DNA from: the human T2T-CHM13v2.0 reference genome, Homo sapiens
Strand: one strand, 5' to 3'
Length of the DNA: 64,000 nucleotides
NCBI RefSeq assembly: GCF_009914755.1
Contig: NC_060936.1
Notes under the pieces: generated by a model
Database searches by the model: none
What the model saw: only the letters and a program-made list of their open reading frames with translations
What the model was told of the DNA's origin: nothing
Position numbers and translations under genes: made by a program
Shown here: positions 31,069 to 43,897 of the stretch, one piece after another
How the letters are laid out: each line of letters starts with the position of its first letter
Position numbering within the stretch: the stretch's first letter is position 1

Positions 31069-34000
31069 ACCAGATGAGCACAAAGTGGACAGAGCGGGCA
31101 AGAAAAGTGAGATTGTATCCCAGAGAGTTACTATAATCATCATGGAATCTTATCTGGATATGGAGGGGGAAACGGAAAAGGAGGTGAAAGGCAGTAAAAA
31201 GAAGTAGGATTCTGGGCCACCACATCCTGTAGCCTGCTGGAATGGCACTCTCTGGAAGGGTGCAGGGTATAACCTGCACAACTGTTCGTCAATGCTCTGG
31301 AATGCATTGCAAGACCCATTTGGACCCCAGAAAGATTGGAGGAGGGTTCTACATGTGAACAAATCTGATTTTGCTATGTCAACTTTCAGAATTATCATAA
31401 AGATATACTAGATGAATGCTGTTGGAGAAAGTAAGTGGAGAAACTAATTCGTGCTCAGGCACTTTCATTTACTGTAAGGACCATGGAGAAAGCAAATTTT
31501 CACCTAAGCTATTATTATTAAACATTGCAAAACTTGGGGATCTTTCAATGCTTTTCCACTTTATTTCCTAAGCGATGAAGAAGGATACTAGAAGATTCAG
31601 TTCTAGTAATTTGTATAATGAAACAATGAATGTATTAAGTATGTTTTCCAAACTACACGAAGATTCTCATATTCCCCTTCTCCTTCGTTGCCTGCATCTC
31701 TTCCTCCTCCCACCCTCTTGAGAATCATTGACCTAGACATATAAATGTCTAACAGGGTAATCTCAGGGATCTGAGGAAGTGCAAGAGGCCACTCAGGAAG
31801 AAATCTTAAGCGTGAAGCATTTTACCCCACTGAAATCATACTAGTTACTGACAGCCAACTCTGCCTGCCAGTAATTATAGCCTGTCAGGGTTCACAGGCA
31901 CTTGCATTTCACAAGGATGTGTGAATTGCACATGTCTTACATTTCTTAGTAGGGCCCTGCCCCACAGCAATATTTTTACCAAATGACAGTTTTCAGGGAG
32001 GTATTGGATCTTATTTAAGTGAAAAAAATGATAATAATAATAGTTATTCTTCACTGTAAGACCACAAAGGAAGCTGCAGTTAATGAATTTGCAGAGTCAG
32101 GAACATTGCTCAAGGCATTAGCTCAGTTTGGTGAAGAGCTGTTTGTTTACAAGTCATTAGAAGACCCCAGGCCCATTTGTGGTGACAGGTAGCATAGTCT
32201 TCCGTCCTTTATCTGCTTTTTTCCCTCCTTAATTTTTTATGGTGGTAAGATATACATAACATAAAAATTACTATTTTAAACTACTCATTTAGATGTCTCA
32301 AGGGTAAGCTGCCTCTTTTTAATCTACCTATGCAATATAAAATTAAGAGCCAATTACACCATCATCAAATAGAGGAGGGCTTTTAAAAGATAACTGGAGA
32401 GTGATATACAAGGTTTCCTAATCACTATACCTAATTGCAAAGAGGAGCAAAGAATTTTTCATGAGTATCTGAACTATAATTAAATACAAATAATCAACTG
32501 TGAACTTTCCATTATTTTAGCAGTGTGTTCTCTGAGGCAAACAAACTTTTCCCAGGGGAACATAGATTACTGTTTGCTGTAAATCAAATGTGTGTGTAAA
32601 AAAGTGCATACAACAAAGTGGGAAATAAGAGAGATAAGACTCCAGGAAAGTAGAGAAAGAATCCCCGAATCAAGAAGCGGTAGGAGAACTTTTGCAGGCT
32701 AAATGAAGAAGAATTTAATAAGAGAAAAACTTAAATAAACATGAAATTGGAGAAATATGTGGAGAAGTGGGCTAAAAAGGTGATACAAGGATCATGTATG
32801 TAACCTGCTATGGGGAGTCCAACCAAAAGCAGTCAACTTCCAGCCTGGATTTCATTAGAAAATTTTTCATTAACAGGGACAGATTCAGCTTCTTTTTTTT
32901 TTTCTTCTTCTTACACATAACAGTTGATCACTGGATGAGAAAGTTATACCCAAAGTAGGCGCCCTCACTGTTGTGGAGTAATGATTCTAGAAGGAAGGGT
33001 GTGCATTGGGGTGAATGTGGAGAGTGGAAAGTGTTCTTCCCCTTCTAAGCTCAGGGGATTAATTCATTAGTTGATGCCTTCTTTACTGAAACTTTTTTTT
33101 TTTGGCATTACCTAGGTTCCAGACAAAAACACTTTTTCACAATTGTAAGCAAGACCAACAAGTTTGTTCTTTTATGGCCCTTACTATTTTGTTAAAGAGA
33201 AAGACAATAAACACACAAGTAAACAAGAAAATATCAGATAATAACATCTGCGGTGAAGAAATTACAGCAGAATGGTGAGACAGAGTACACATCTTCTTGC
33301 ATAAAGTGAATTATTAGACATTTTTATTTTTCCTCCCTCTCTTTTTCCTCCGTCTTTTGCTTTCTCCTTTGCTTCCTTCACACATTTTTGGAGCCCATAT
33401 TATGTATCAGGCATATCCAGTTTATATTTTTATACTCCCTAAACCCTACTTGAGAGAAAAAGTAGTGTTTTGCGCATAATAGGCCTTCAGTAAATTGTTA
33501 GAAAGATTCAGTTGTTCACAAACTTAGACTACATGAAATGAAGTGCATAAAATATCAAAAGAGAGGAAAGAAAAAATGAGCATAATTAACACAGAAACAG
33601 GTTAAAATTAGATGACAGTGAGCCTTATTGGCACAAATAATGACTACATCAATATGGCATTTGAAATAGCAGGACGCCATCATTTATCTCACTTTTGTGT
33701 CTCATCTGTCTTATGAATTTGGAGAAAGCAAGGCATTTTGCCAAATTTAGAAGCAATTCAAATTTTATGTATTAAGACTTTCAACAGAAAGTTGTAGATG
33801 TCTGTATTTGAGCTCTGATTGCTGGCAAGATAAAATTTCCCAGTTAAAAGAAAATCAGTTTTTAAAATTATGAAAGAGAGAGAGAGAGAGAGACCTAATG
33901 TGCCGAGTTAATTGTAAAGAATCAGAAACAGATGGACTGATGTCTTCTTAAGAGATAGAAGGGAAAATAGAGGGAAAACAGTGAGTGGCAGAATGCAATT

Positions 34001-35270
34001 TGGGGGTCATTGCTTTTGATCACATAGCCTTTGCATGTTGGGTAACTAATAAGCTTAGGCCGATTTTCCCTGGTAAAGGAGCTCTGGATGACATAAGCCA
34101 AACATTTTTCCTCTTAATTCTCCTGGTAATAGCAATTTATCTTTTTCAAGCAGTGGTGAAAATGGAGGAATGCACACGAATGCAGATGCTGGACCTCTCT
34201 GCCCACCTCATATGTAAATGTTATAATAGGATTTACCTGACTTAGCAGTACAGTGGAGGCTCCCAGAATTCATTTTGATTCTTACCCCTGCTCACAAAGG
34301 CTATATAGGTTTGTAGAAAAGATCAGCATTAAGCAGAAAAAGTCACAGCCATACTAACACTTCTGGAAAGTATGAGTTTACCATAAAATATAAGCCAATC
34401 TAAAATCCTGGTCAGAAACTTACAGGTGTCTTAGGGCGGCGGTGGCTTATCCACAATTGACTTAGGCAGATGTTGTATCTTGCATTTCAACATTCATGAA
34501 TAAATTCCCTCAACCTAAGGCATATAAACACACACATTCATGAAAGAATCCACATGACTCTCTTTATTTTTAGAAGATTACATAAAATATTTATGTCCCT
34601 CTGTCTTCCTAACCAATTACTTTCCCTAAGAAAAAAAATAATACATATGAAATGTGATTAAAAATTTACCTTGTACCAAATAACTTGCAATTAACTCATT
34701 CATTTCCACATTTCTTCATTCTCAGTTACAGTTGGGTTGCATTGCAAAACAACTATCACTTTTGAACCTTTCAAACTGGAAATACACCATATCAATGGTG
34801 GCAGGCAAGTCAAAACACAATGTAGATTTTGTATCAATCAGAATGTCAAATGATCTCATTAGAGTTTCAGGTCTATATGTGGGTGCATTTTCAACTACTC
34901 CGCTTTCCTGCATGAAAGTTTAGCAAAGATTAAGTCATTTACCAGCGACAGTTGGCTAAGGCAGCTGAGTGGAGGCTTTGATGAAATGTGTCAGTCATTT
35001 TCCAGCAACTCTGCCTTAGACGGTAGGCTATCAGGAGTAACCGCTGTCAAAGAACTATTGTCAATGTAGTTGGAATTCTTTAGACAGAACATTCCTCTCC
35101 TAAATATTTTCTTTAACCTATTTGTGAGCCTTTTCTTTTTATGACTGTATTTACTATTTAAATTAACATTCTGAACATCATAGCCTGGATTATTTTTTGA
35201 AAAAAATTCTGGGGGGGAGTAATGAGTGGAAAGGATGGACTTTAGAATTCATATAAAGAAATAGCAGTAC

Positions 35271-35393
35271 ATATGTTCATTACGTGAGTGATGGGATCAG
35301 TCGTACCCCAAACCTCAGTATCACGCAATATACCCATGTAACAAACCTGCACATGTACCCCTTGAATCTAAAATAAAAGCTGAAATTATATAA
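35271..35393 (+). mobile_element. 5'-truncated L1PB (L1PB3/4-like) 3' end
   Basis: taccccaaacctcag...aatatacccatgtaacaaacctgcacatgtacccc...aataaaa; TSD aaagaaa(ta/gc)gcagtac at 35255-35270 and 35394-35409. Confidence 0.88.
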
Positions 35394-35656
35394 AAAGAAA
35401 GCGCAGTACCTAAGTAACACATAATTAAACAATAAATGTCGCATAACATCCTATTTATATAATATTTTGTTCCAAGTTTTACTTAAAATTAACTAGCTAT
35501 TCTTATTTAGCTAAATTTGAAGAATTAAATATTGTTTCTGTTCTTGTACATCTCATAGCCTGAACCAAACCCAAATATCTCCTGTGCTGGTACATAGCAC
35601 AAACTCTAAACACCTTGTGGCATATTTATTTAAAGCAGAAAAATCTCGGCCTTCCA

Positions 35657-35827
35657 AGGTCCCAGTAACAGATCACGCCAGGAACTATTCCAATGATTTC
35701 GGATACTGAACTTTCAAAATACTACTACTTCTCTTTCTCTGCAGGTCCCAGTAACAGATCACGCCAGGAACTATTCCAATGATTTCGGATACTGAACTTT
35801 CAAAATACTACTACTTCTCTTTCTCTG
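35657..35827. repeat. Perfect tandem duplication, 2 x 85 bp, period 86
   Basis: aggtcccagtaacagatcacgcc...ctctttctctg at 35657-35741 and 35743-35827, separated by one C. Confidence 0.97.
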
Positions 35828-36894
35828 AAAAATTCATAGTGATCAGATCCTAACAAAATTTGAAATCTCTGAGCAGGTATACAGAAATATCCACATATAA
35901 AGATAAGCAAATTTAATACACAAGAAAATGAATTTGAAGCAATGACCATTTGATATTTAAACAGTGATTTTCTTACATCAAAAGAAGCTACTTTAAATTT
36001 ATCTTATGTAAAAGATCAGCTCAAGGTCCGTGACTTCTGTTTGAAAGTGGTTCATGGGATTCTTAGCCACACAACAGTTTTTAGCTTACAATTTGGTAAT
36101 GAATGAGTAGACTGACCTTTTTAAATGAAATGTATTAGCCTGGGCATCATCACCATCAACTAGAAGCAGAGGGCCTTCTAGTTCAAAAGTGTCCTCTCAA
36201 ATTATCTTGTGTGCGTTTTCCAAAATTGAATATTCATCTTAGGATTTTAAATGTTGATTTAAGACTTTAGTGAAAGATGTGCATTTGGGAAGCTGAACCA
36301 AACAGTGGGAGTATTGTTAAATATTTTGCTAAATATAAAGAAACTTTATTTGGGGTTAATTTTTTAGGGAGAAAGTCTTACTTTAAAAATATTGTGAGTT
36401 ATGTTTTGAGATCTTGAAAACTTTTTGTAGGTGAATTATCAGTGGCATTGGTGCTAGGAGGAAAAAGACATGTCAACAGATAATTACAATAAAATGTGAT
36501 AAGTGCTATTATAAGGATTTGTGCCAAGTCCTCTGAGAGGGCTCCTCCCCTTCCATATGGGGATTTTTGGCAATGACAGAATCAGGGTGTGGGTGAATTT
36601 GCTGAAGTGATTGCAATCAGGTCAGGGGATTAAAAAACTCTTGAAGTAGGGACTTAAGACAGTCTTCCTACTTATGATATGTTCAATATGAAGGAAATAA
36701 TGCTAAATAAAGAAAAAAAGGACATTACTAAGACTATCTGAAAACTCACTCTGGCATTCTAACTGAAATGAAAATTTCACCTATAATTGAATACAGTTAT
36801 AATGCTTAAAATTTATATGGCACTTTGTACTTTTCAAAGAAATTTCTCATTGTATTAGCATTTGGCTTAAAAAGTAATTTAATTTTTAATATAC

Positions 36895-37110
36895 CCATTC
36901 ATTCATTCATTCATTCATGAATGCTGTGTGCCAGATGCTGTGTCAGGAGCTGGTAATTCAAAGATGAATAAGACATTGCTCCTTTGTTTATATATTGCAT
37001 TCTTACTAAACTGTGAACATCTTTGAGGAGAAACGTATTTGTAGCACATAGGTACTTGCTATCTGTCTGTGGAATGAATATTTGAATTTATGAATAAATG
37101 AATAAATGTT
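36895..37110. mobile_element. Two L2 3'-end fragments in opposite orientation, (TTCA)n/(TGAA)n
   Basis: cattcattcattc...tgtgccagatgctgtg...aagatgaataagac; then ctgtgaacatctttgagg...cacataggtactt...gaatgaat. Confidence 0.7.
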
Positions 37111-37164
37111 CTGATCAAGTTGCAAATAAATAACTCATTTACCAAACTGAAGTTTGGGCATATT

Positions 37165-37370
37165 AAGATGATAGGTACTGGAGTCAGAAGCCCTGGTTTT
37201 ATATCTTAGCTTGGATATACTAGGATGATACTGGAAAATTTCCTTAACCTTTTCTAGTCACATTTTCCTAAACTTGGGGATAAAATAATCTCTCTCTTAA
37301 AAGGTTGTTATGAGGGTGAATGTGCAAGTGCTCTCTAATTGAATGTGCTATTTAGATGTTAGTAATCATT
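37165..37370 (+). mobile_element. MIR
   Basis: ctggagtcagaagccctgg...cttaacct...aggttgttatgaggg. Confidence 0.7.
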
Positions 37371-37959
37371 GCAATAACATTCTTATATTCTATACTATAC
37401 AATATTATATTATACTAATATTCTTATATTCTACACTATAGTGCAACATTTAAAGGGAAGTTGCTCTATTAGTCATAAAGTAGCATGTTCTTTCCACAGT
37501 GGAGAAATCAAGAGTGCTATTCCTGGCAGGATGCCAGTTATTCTGGGGTAAATTACATCAATGATGAGAATCAGAGGCCAAGAGAGAAGGCTCTATATTG
37601 ATGGGCCTGCTAAAGGGGGTGGGAAGTGTTGTGACTTGGGAGTAGCATAGGTTCCATGTAGTTGTAACTAAAGAACAGGGTTCTAAGTGCGACTAGGAAC
37701 AAGGCAAGCTTGCTGCATGGCCAATTAATGGTCCCGACAGTCACCACTCAGGCATCTGAATCTTGGGTCAGGTATTCTGATGATATTTGGAATGTCATTG
37801 AATGGGAGCTAAGGAACTAGATGATTTTTATAGATAAAGGGGTGTCTTGGACGTTGCTAAATATACATGAAGATGGAAATAATTGAAATGAGATGAGGCT
37901 TATAGGCAATGGCCTAGATGACATAGATGGTAATTACACTGTTATTATTACTACCTCCA

Positions 37960-38150
37960 CCACCACCAATAACAATATGTTGACAGTCTACCTAACATTC
38001 TTCATTATCTCTATTAATACTCATGAAATAACTGCTAAAGTACCCATTTCATTTTACAGATAAAAGGGTACATCTAGATGCATCAAATGACTTGTCTGAG
38101 GCTATATTGCAAGTAAATTGACTCAGCTCCTGTGAATCCAAGTCCACTGC
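37960..38150 (-). mobile_element. MIR
   Basis: cattttacagataaaa...aaatgacttgtctgagg. Confidence 0.65.
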
Positions 38151-38493
38151 TATTTCATGTAAGAGGCCTGCTTCTTTCTTCTCTAAAAGGCAGGATGTCA
38201 AGGTGTTGTGCAGAGTGGACTGGGGGAACAGAAATTTTCCCTGGGTAGTCAACAATATTTGCTACAGGATGCCTTGGGTTGTTTTTCACATGTGTGCATT
38301 TTCTCCCTGATGAAATGAAAACTCCCTGAGAGCAGTAAGCACCATCTTATTCTCCTTATTTAGCTCTGAGGACAGTAGATATACCTAATAGACTGTGTAA
38401 ATACATTTTAGCAATTACTGTTATCATAAATATCTATTAAAAGTTTGCTTTCTGGTTAAATACCTTATTTGTGAACTGCTAGCCACCCCGACC

Positions 38494-38797
38494 TTTTTTT
38501 TTTTTTTTTTTTTTGAGATGGAGTCTCACTCTGTTGCCCAGGCTGGAGTGCAGTGGTGCAAACTTGGCTCACTGTAACCTCCACCTCCTGGGTTCAAGCG
38601 ATTCTCTTTCCTCAGCCTCCTGAGTAGCTGGGAGTACAGGCACGCACCACCACACCTGGCTAATTTTTTGTATTTTTAGTAGAGATGGGGTTTCACCAGA
38701 TTGGCCAGGCTGGTCTTGAACTCCTGACCTCAGGTGATCCCTCAGCCTCGACCTCCCAAAGTGCTGGGATTACCGATGTGAGCCACTGCACCCAGCC
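38494..38797 (-). mobile_element. AluSx
   Basis: Full dimer with T21 tail; gaactcctgacctcaggtgatcc. Confidence 0.95.
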
Positions 38798-39674
38798 CCA
38801 CTCCCTGCCCTCTCTAACACACATACACAGATGTCACTACTGAGCCCATTTCTTTCTCACATCCATGCCGCTATTAGATCCCTTGATGTATCCCATAACC
38901 AATATGTCGTGGCAGACCTCTTCAGACAGGGCGGCTGCTGAGCACACCTCCTTGTTGCCATGTTGCCTGCAACTGCAACCATGATCCCCTTTTCTATAAA
39001 CATAGCACCAGGCACATCTAATCTGCAATATGATATCCCATGTTTTATTTTATTGTTTGCTTCTTAATGAAGTTTGCTTCAAACTTCATTATTTGATTTA
39101 GCTTATTTAAGGAAGGAGAGACAGAAGATAGAGCAAAATGGGTCGAAGTAGAATGAGTGAAGAAGAAAATATCTTAAATAAATGTTGGACTTTAAGACAT
39201 TATTTGTATTCAAAATTAATTTGTGTAAGTCAGTCTCGTCTCTAACAACTAGACTATAAGCGTATTCGTCAAATGGAAGCTTAGGTAAGACCTGAATGTA
39301 GAAAAGATACCCATTTTTCTTGGGTATGAAGTTGCTGCTGCTGTGTAAGACCTGTCTGGCTCTTATTATCCTGCCAGGCTCTTTCTCTCCTGGCTTGATC
39401 TTTTTAGAAAGCTGTTGGCAAGGGCTTCAAAGGGTGACCAGCTGAAACTAACCATGCTGTAGGTTTCTGACTGCGAAAAAATTCTCTACCCAGTTCTCAA
39501 TCAGTAAGGCTATAACAGAAATACCTTGGAAATTTCTCAAACTATCTGGGCCCACTCATCCTCCCTCCAGTGAGATATCAGACATTCTGATGGGGCAATG
39601 AGCATGTGAGATTTGGAAAAGCTTCCTAGTTGGTTCAATCCCTCTGCCTATCTTTGCTCTGAGAATTGCTGGCC

Positions 39675-39820
39675 TAGTAGTTAAGAACTTGTTCTTTGGA
39701 TTCAGTTACTTCTGTATTTAAATCCTGGCTAAGGCACTTGTTGGCTCTGTGACATTGGGAGAATTACATAATCTCTGACAATCTTCTTTCATTTGAAAAA
39801 TGTAGTTAATAATTACTCAA
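39675..39820 (+). mobile_element. MIR
   Basis: tagtagttaagaac...aaatcctggct...ctgtgacattggg. Confidence 0.7.
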
Positions 39821-39822
39821 AT

Positions 39823-41460
39823 AGGCATAAATTGCTAACATATGTTCAAGACTTATACACTGAAAACCCGGAAACATTCAAAGAGAAATTAAAGAAGATG
39901 TGAATATGTGAAAAGATATATCATACTCATAGTTTGGAGGATTTAATATAGTTAAGTAATTCTTCATAAATTGATGTATAGAGTCAAACCAATGCCAATA
40001 AAAACCTTAATGTGAGTGTGATTTTTATAGAAAATGATACACTGATTCTAAGATTTATAAGGAGGCACAAAAGATCTGGAAGAGGCAGAAAAAAAAATTG
40101 AAAAAGATCAAAGAAGATGCAGAACTTATACCTCCAGATTTCAAGACTTACCATAGTAATCAATACCATGTGATATTGGCATAATTATAGACTTATAGAT
40201 AGATGGAATAAAATAGAGTCCAGACATGTACTGTCATGTGATTTTTGACAAAGGTGCTTCAATAATTCAGTGGGGAAAGAATAATTTTTTAAATAAATGG
40301 TGCTGAAAAACTGGTTATTTGTATGGAAAAAATTAATCTAGATCTCTACTTTACAGCATCCACTAAAGTAAACTGGAGATGAATCATAGCCCTAAAGACA
40401 AGTCATAGAACTATAAAACACCTAGAAGATAAGATACCAAAAAATATTTTTAACAATTGGGTACACAAGATTTCTTAGGACACAGGAAGCACTAACTATA
40501 CATGAAAATGGTTAATGAACTGGACAGCATCAAAACTGTCAGCATTTACTCTTCAAAAGACACCATTGAGTAAATAAAAAGGCAAATACCAAACTGAGCA
40601 AAAGAATATTTGCAATAGCTTATAAAGAATTTGAATCCAGAATAACTTAAAACTTAATAAGAAGACAAACAGTGATCAAAATAAACAAAAGATTTGAATA
40701 AATACTTAAAGAAAAGAAGACCATGATGGCCATGAAAAGATGTTCAACATCATTAATCATTAGGGAAATTCAACTGGAAACTGGAATGAAATACTACTTC
40801 ACACCTACTAGAACTATCAAAATGAAAAAAGACTGACAATATCTATTTGGCTGTTGGGAATGTAAAATAGCATAATCACTTTGGAAAACAGTTTGGCAGT
40901 TTCCTATAAAGTTAAATAGACACTTATCATATACCCCAAAATTCTATACCTAGGCATATATCCAAAAGAAAACATATGTCCACTAAAAGGCTTGTACACA
41001 AATGTTCATAGCAGCTTAAAAAAAAAAAAAAAAAAGCCCCAAATTGGATAAAGCTCAAATGTCTGTCAGCAGGTGAATGGATAAATTGTGTTATGGACAT
41101 ACAATGGGATATTATCACTCAGTAATGTTGCAACACTGAGGAATCTGAAACATAATGCTGAGAAAAAGAAACCAAACACAAAACAGTATTTACTGCACAA
41201 TTCCATTTAAGTGAGATTCTAGAACAGGCAAAAGTAATCCATTGTAACAGAAATATAAGATCAGTGGTTGCCTGAATGCAGAAAGAGAGCAGCTGGGTTA
41301 CACTGAAAAGGCATCCGAGGGAATATCTTGGAAATGTTCTTTATTTTGATTTAAGTTGTGGTTTCATGATGTATTCATTTTTCAAAACTCATAAAACTCT
41401 ACATTTAAGGTTGAATGCATTTTATTGTTTAAATGCCAACTTTTTAGATTACAAACTTAA
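39823..41460 (+). mobile_element. Old L1 (L1ME-like), decayed ORF2 3' part plus 3' UTR
   Basis: caagacttatacactgaaaac...gagaaattaaagaag...tttgacaaaggtgc...ataaatggtgctg...tttggaaaacagtttggcagtttc...ctagaacaggcaaa; many stops and frameshifts. Confidence 0.9.
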
Positions 41461-42384
41461 AAATATATTGGGTCAGTTTGAGAGCTCACCAGTAGTCTAC
41501 AATTGTGTATGTAAAATATAAAAATGAAATTCAAAATCTGAAATGAAATACAAATGAATGAAATACATGAATGTAAACTGTGATTATCATAAAGTGCCAG
41601 TAGCTTATAGACAAAGACTTTCTTAAAAAAGAAAAAAAGGGAACAACAAATGAAGCAGATACTTTGTTGGCATAACAATCCTATAAGTTCTTCTATGAGA
41701 ATTGGTCCGTATTAGCAAAACAAAGATTTGTTGGTCCTTAAGATGCTTCATTTTGAAGAATCTGGAAGAAACCTTTACTATTGGTGCCATATCCATACTA
41801 AGAACATGGACATCATGACTTTAGAACATAGAAGTACCACCCAAATGGGTGTGGAACCTTGGGAATGGGCCCTCAGTGAGAAGTGATGCAGCTTACCTGT
41901 CAGATTCTGGATGAACTGAGAGGCAACCCACCTGGAAAAATAAATAAATTTGTGCCATTTTCTGAGTTCTGTATGTTTATGATAGGCTAACAATAAAATT
42001 GTTTTGACTCTGATAACGTACCCGCCTCATATGTCCTTTCAGCTTTAACTGAAGCCTTACACTTTGGTAAAGAACAGAAATGTGTAACTCCATGTATACA
42101 GGATAGCTTAAAAATATTTCTGATTTTAGTAATTCAGTGTTTGATATAAGTTTTCAGACTTGATTTTTTTCTACTTAAAATCATCTAATCAATCAACCAC
42201 CCACCAACCAACCACATATAAAAACCAGATGCTATTTTAGGCTGCAAAGATGGCTAGTCTCCTGAACTGAAATGGTGAGCTAGGTAGTGGGAGGCTGTAG
42301 AAATTTCATTAGGAGGCTAATCAAGTTAGTGAAGAACATGAAAACTATGTTGGATAAAGAATGAATGGGAAGGAAAGGTCACCT

Positions 42385-42920
42385 CTTTGAAGGTCTGTCC
42401 TGTAAGAGAAAACAGAATTTTCCTTTGCTGCTCTAAAGGCTGGAAGTAAATCCAATGGGTGGAAATGACAGTGTGGGAGATTTGGGCTTGAGCCATTATA
42501 TTATATGGGTTCTCAGAGGTTTTGCCTCTGCTGAAGTATTTAGAAGGAAGGGGAGAACTTACCTCACCAAAAGGTAGCTAATTTCTTCAATAAATGGCTC
42601 TAGTTGTTGACAGTGAGAAACTCTATCATAGTTAAGATAATAGAATCTTAAGAGTTTGAATTCCATCTCTGCCATGTAGTAGCTATGTGACTTTGGACAT
42701 GTTGCTGAAACTCTCTGAGCCATTTCCCCAACTTAAAATGGTACTTACTGCTTAAGATTTTTGTGAATAATCAACACATAGATGATACTTAGAATAGGAC
42801 CTGGAAATTAATAGGTGCATATTATATGTTAGTTACCACTTACAATTATTACCTTCCAAGGGAACTGAAGTGGAGATTTCTGTGTGAAGTGAGAGTTTGG
42901 TCAAGATGATCTCTAAAATT
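42385..42920 (+). mobile_element. L3/CR1 relic split by a MIR (about 42625-42840)
   Basis: ctgtcctgtaagaga...ccaatgggtggaaatgacag...agatttgggct; MIR ctctgccatgtagtagctatgtgactttggac. Confidence 0.55.
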
Positions 42921-43437
42921 TTATCTGCTTCTATCTTTCAGTAGGTTCAATATTTTGGGAAGTATACTTTTCAGAGATTTGCACATCACTGGAAGGTGAT
43001 ACCCAGCCTCGATTGTGGGATTATCTTCCACATGAATTTTGAAATGATGATAAGCTTCATTAGGTATGATTTTGTGTATATTTTTCAGGCTAAAATGTTG
43101 GAAGATGAGGCTGACTTTTCTTTCCAACAAGTTCTTTATCTGTGTTCCTGGGTCACCTTTCATGTGATATTCTCAGTGAGGAAAAAAAAGGGGGGAAGCA
43201 ATGTTCTTTTCAATTTTCTCCTAAGCATTCTTCTAAAGCATGGAGGGCACAGTTACATGCCGTGAGAGTTTATTAGAACATATTAACAGCCTAAAATAGG
43301 TAAATAAATCTCTACCCATCTATACATCAATAAATATTTATTGAACACATGTTATAACATAGGCATTGTGCACAGCATTGAAAATGATATTCATCATTTA
43401 AAGTCCAAAGCGAATACTACTTAAAAGAATCTGACCT

Positions 43438-43897
43438 ATGTAAGTATCATTACCCATTGCTTTATGGTAAAGCACCACTCAAATTAATGATTTTTTTGTG
43501 TATGTTGGACTCAGCCAGGCAGTTCTTCTGGTCTTGATTGTGGTCACCTGCACCTTAGCTGGGCAGCTCTGCTCCTAGGGGCTAGGTTGGATATTGGCAG
43601 GAGTTATGGGGTGACTGGGCCACATAGCTCTCAGTTTTCATCAAGCTAGCCTGGGCTTGTTTGCAGAAGCAGGAGTTCGAGAGAAAGAACTGAATGTACA
43701 AGGCCTCTAGAGCCTAGGTTTAGAACTAGCACACCATCCTTTTCACCAAGCTCTGTTGACCGTAGTAAGTCACAAACCTAGCCAAGAGGTGGGGAAATAT
43801 ATACTACTTCATGAGAGGATTGAAAAATTCACATTGCAAAGAGCATGGATATAGGGAGGTCAATAATTGGGGCCATCAGTACAATCAATCTATGAGA
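43438..43897 (-). mobile_element. MLT1H-like MaLR LTR
   Basis: tggactcagccaggcagttcttctggtc...gctagcctgggcttgtt...aagtcacaa...cacattgcaaagagcatggatataggg...caatcaatcta. Confidence 0.75.

Noticed and set aside
32293-32303. Possible 11-nt microexon (tttag|ATGTCTCAAGG|gtaagc)
   Set aside because: Weak pyrimidine tract, not frame-preserving, no host gene evident
34722-34923. Two overlapping antiparallel 63-aa ORFs in unique DNA
   Set aside because: Short, no homology recognised, no convincing flanking splice sites
35657-35827. CRISPR-like or satellite array
   Set aside because: Only two copies, no spacers, eukaryotic context
39823-41460. L1 ORF2 as an intact gene
   Set aside because: Heavily decayed with stops and frameshifts; no long ORF
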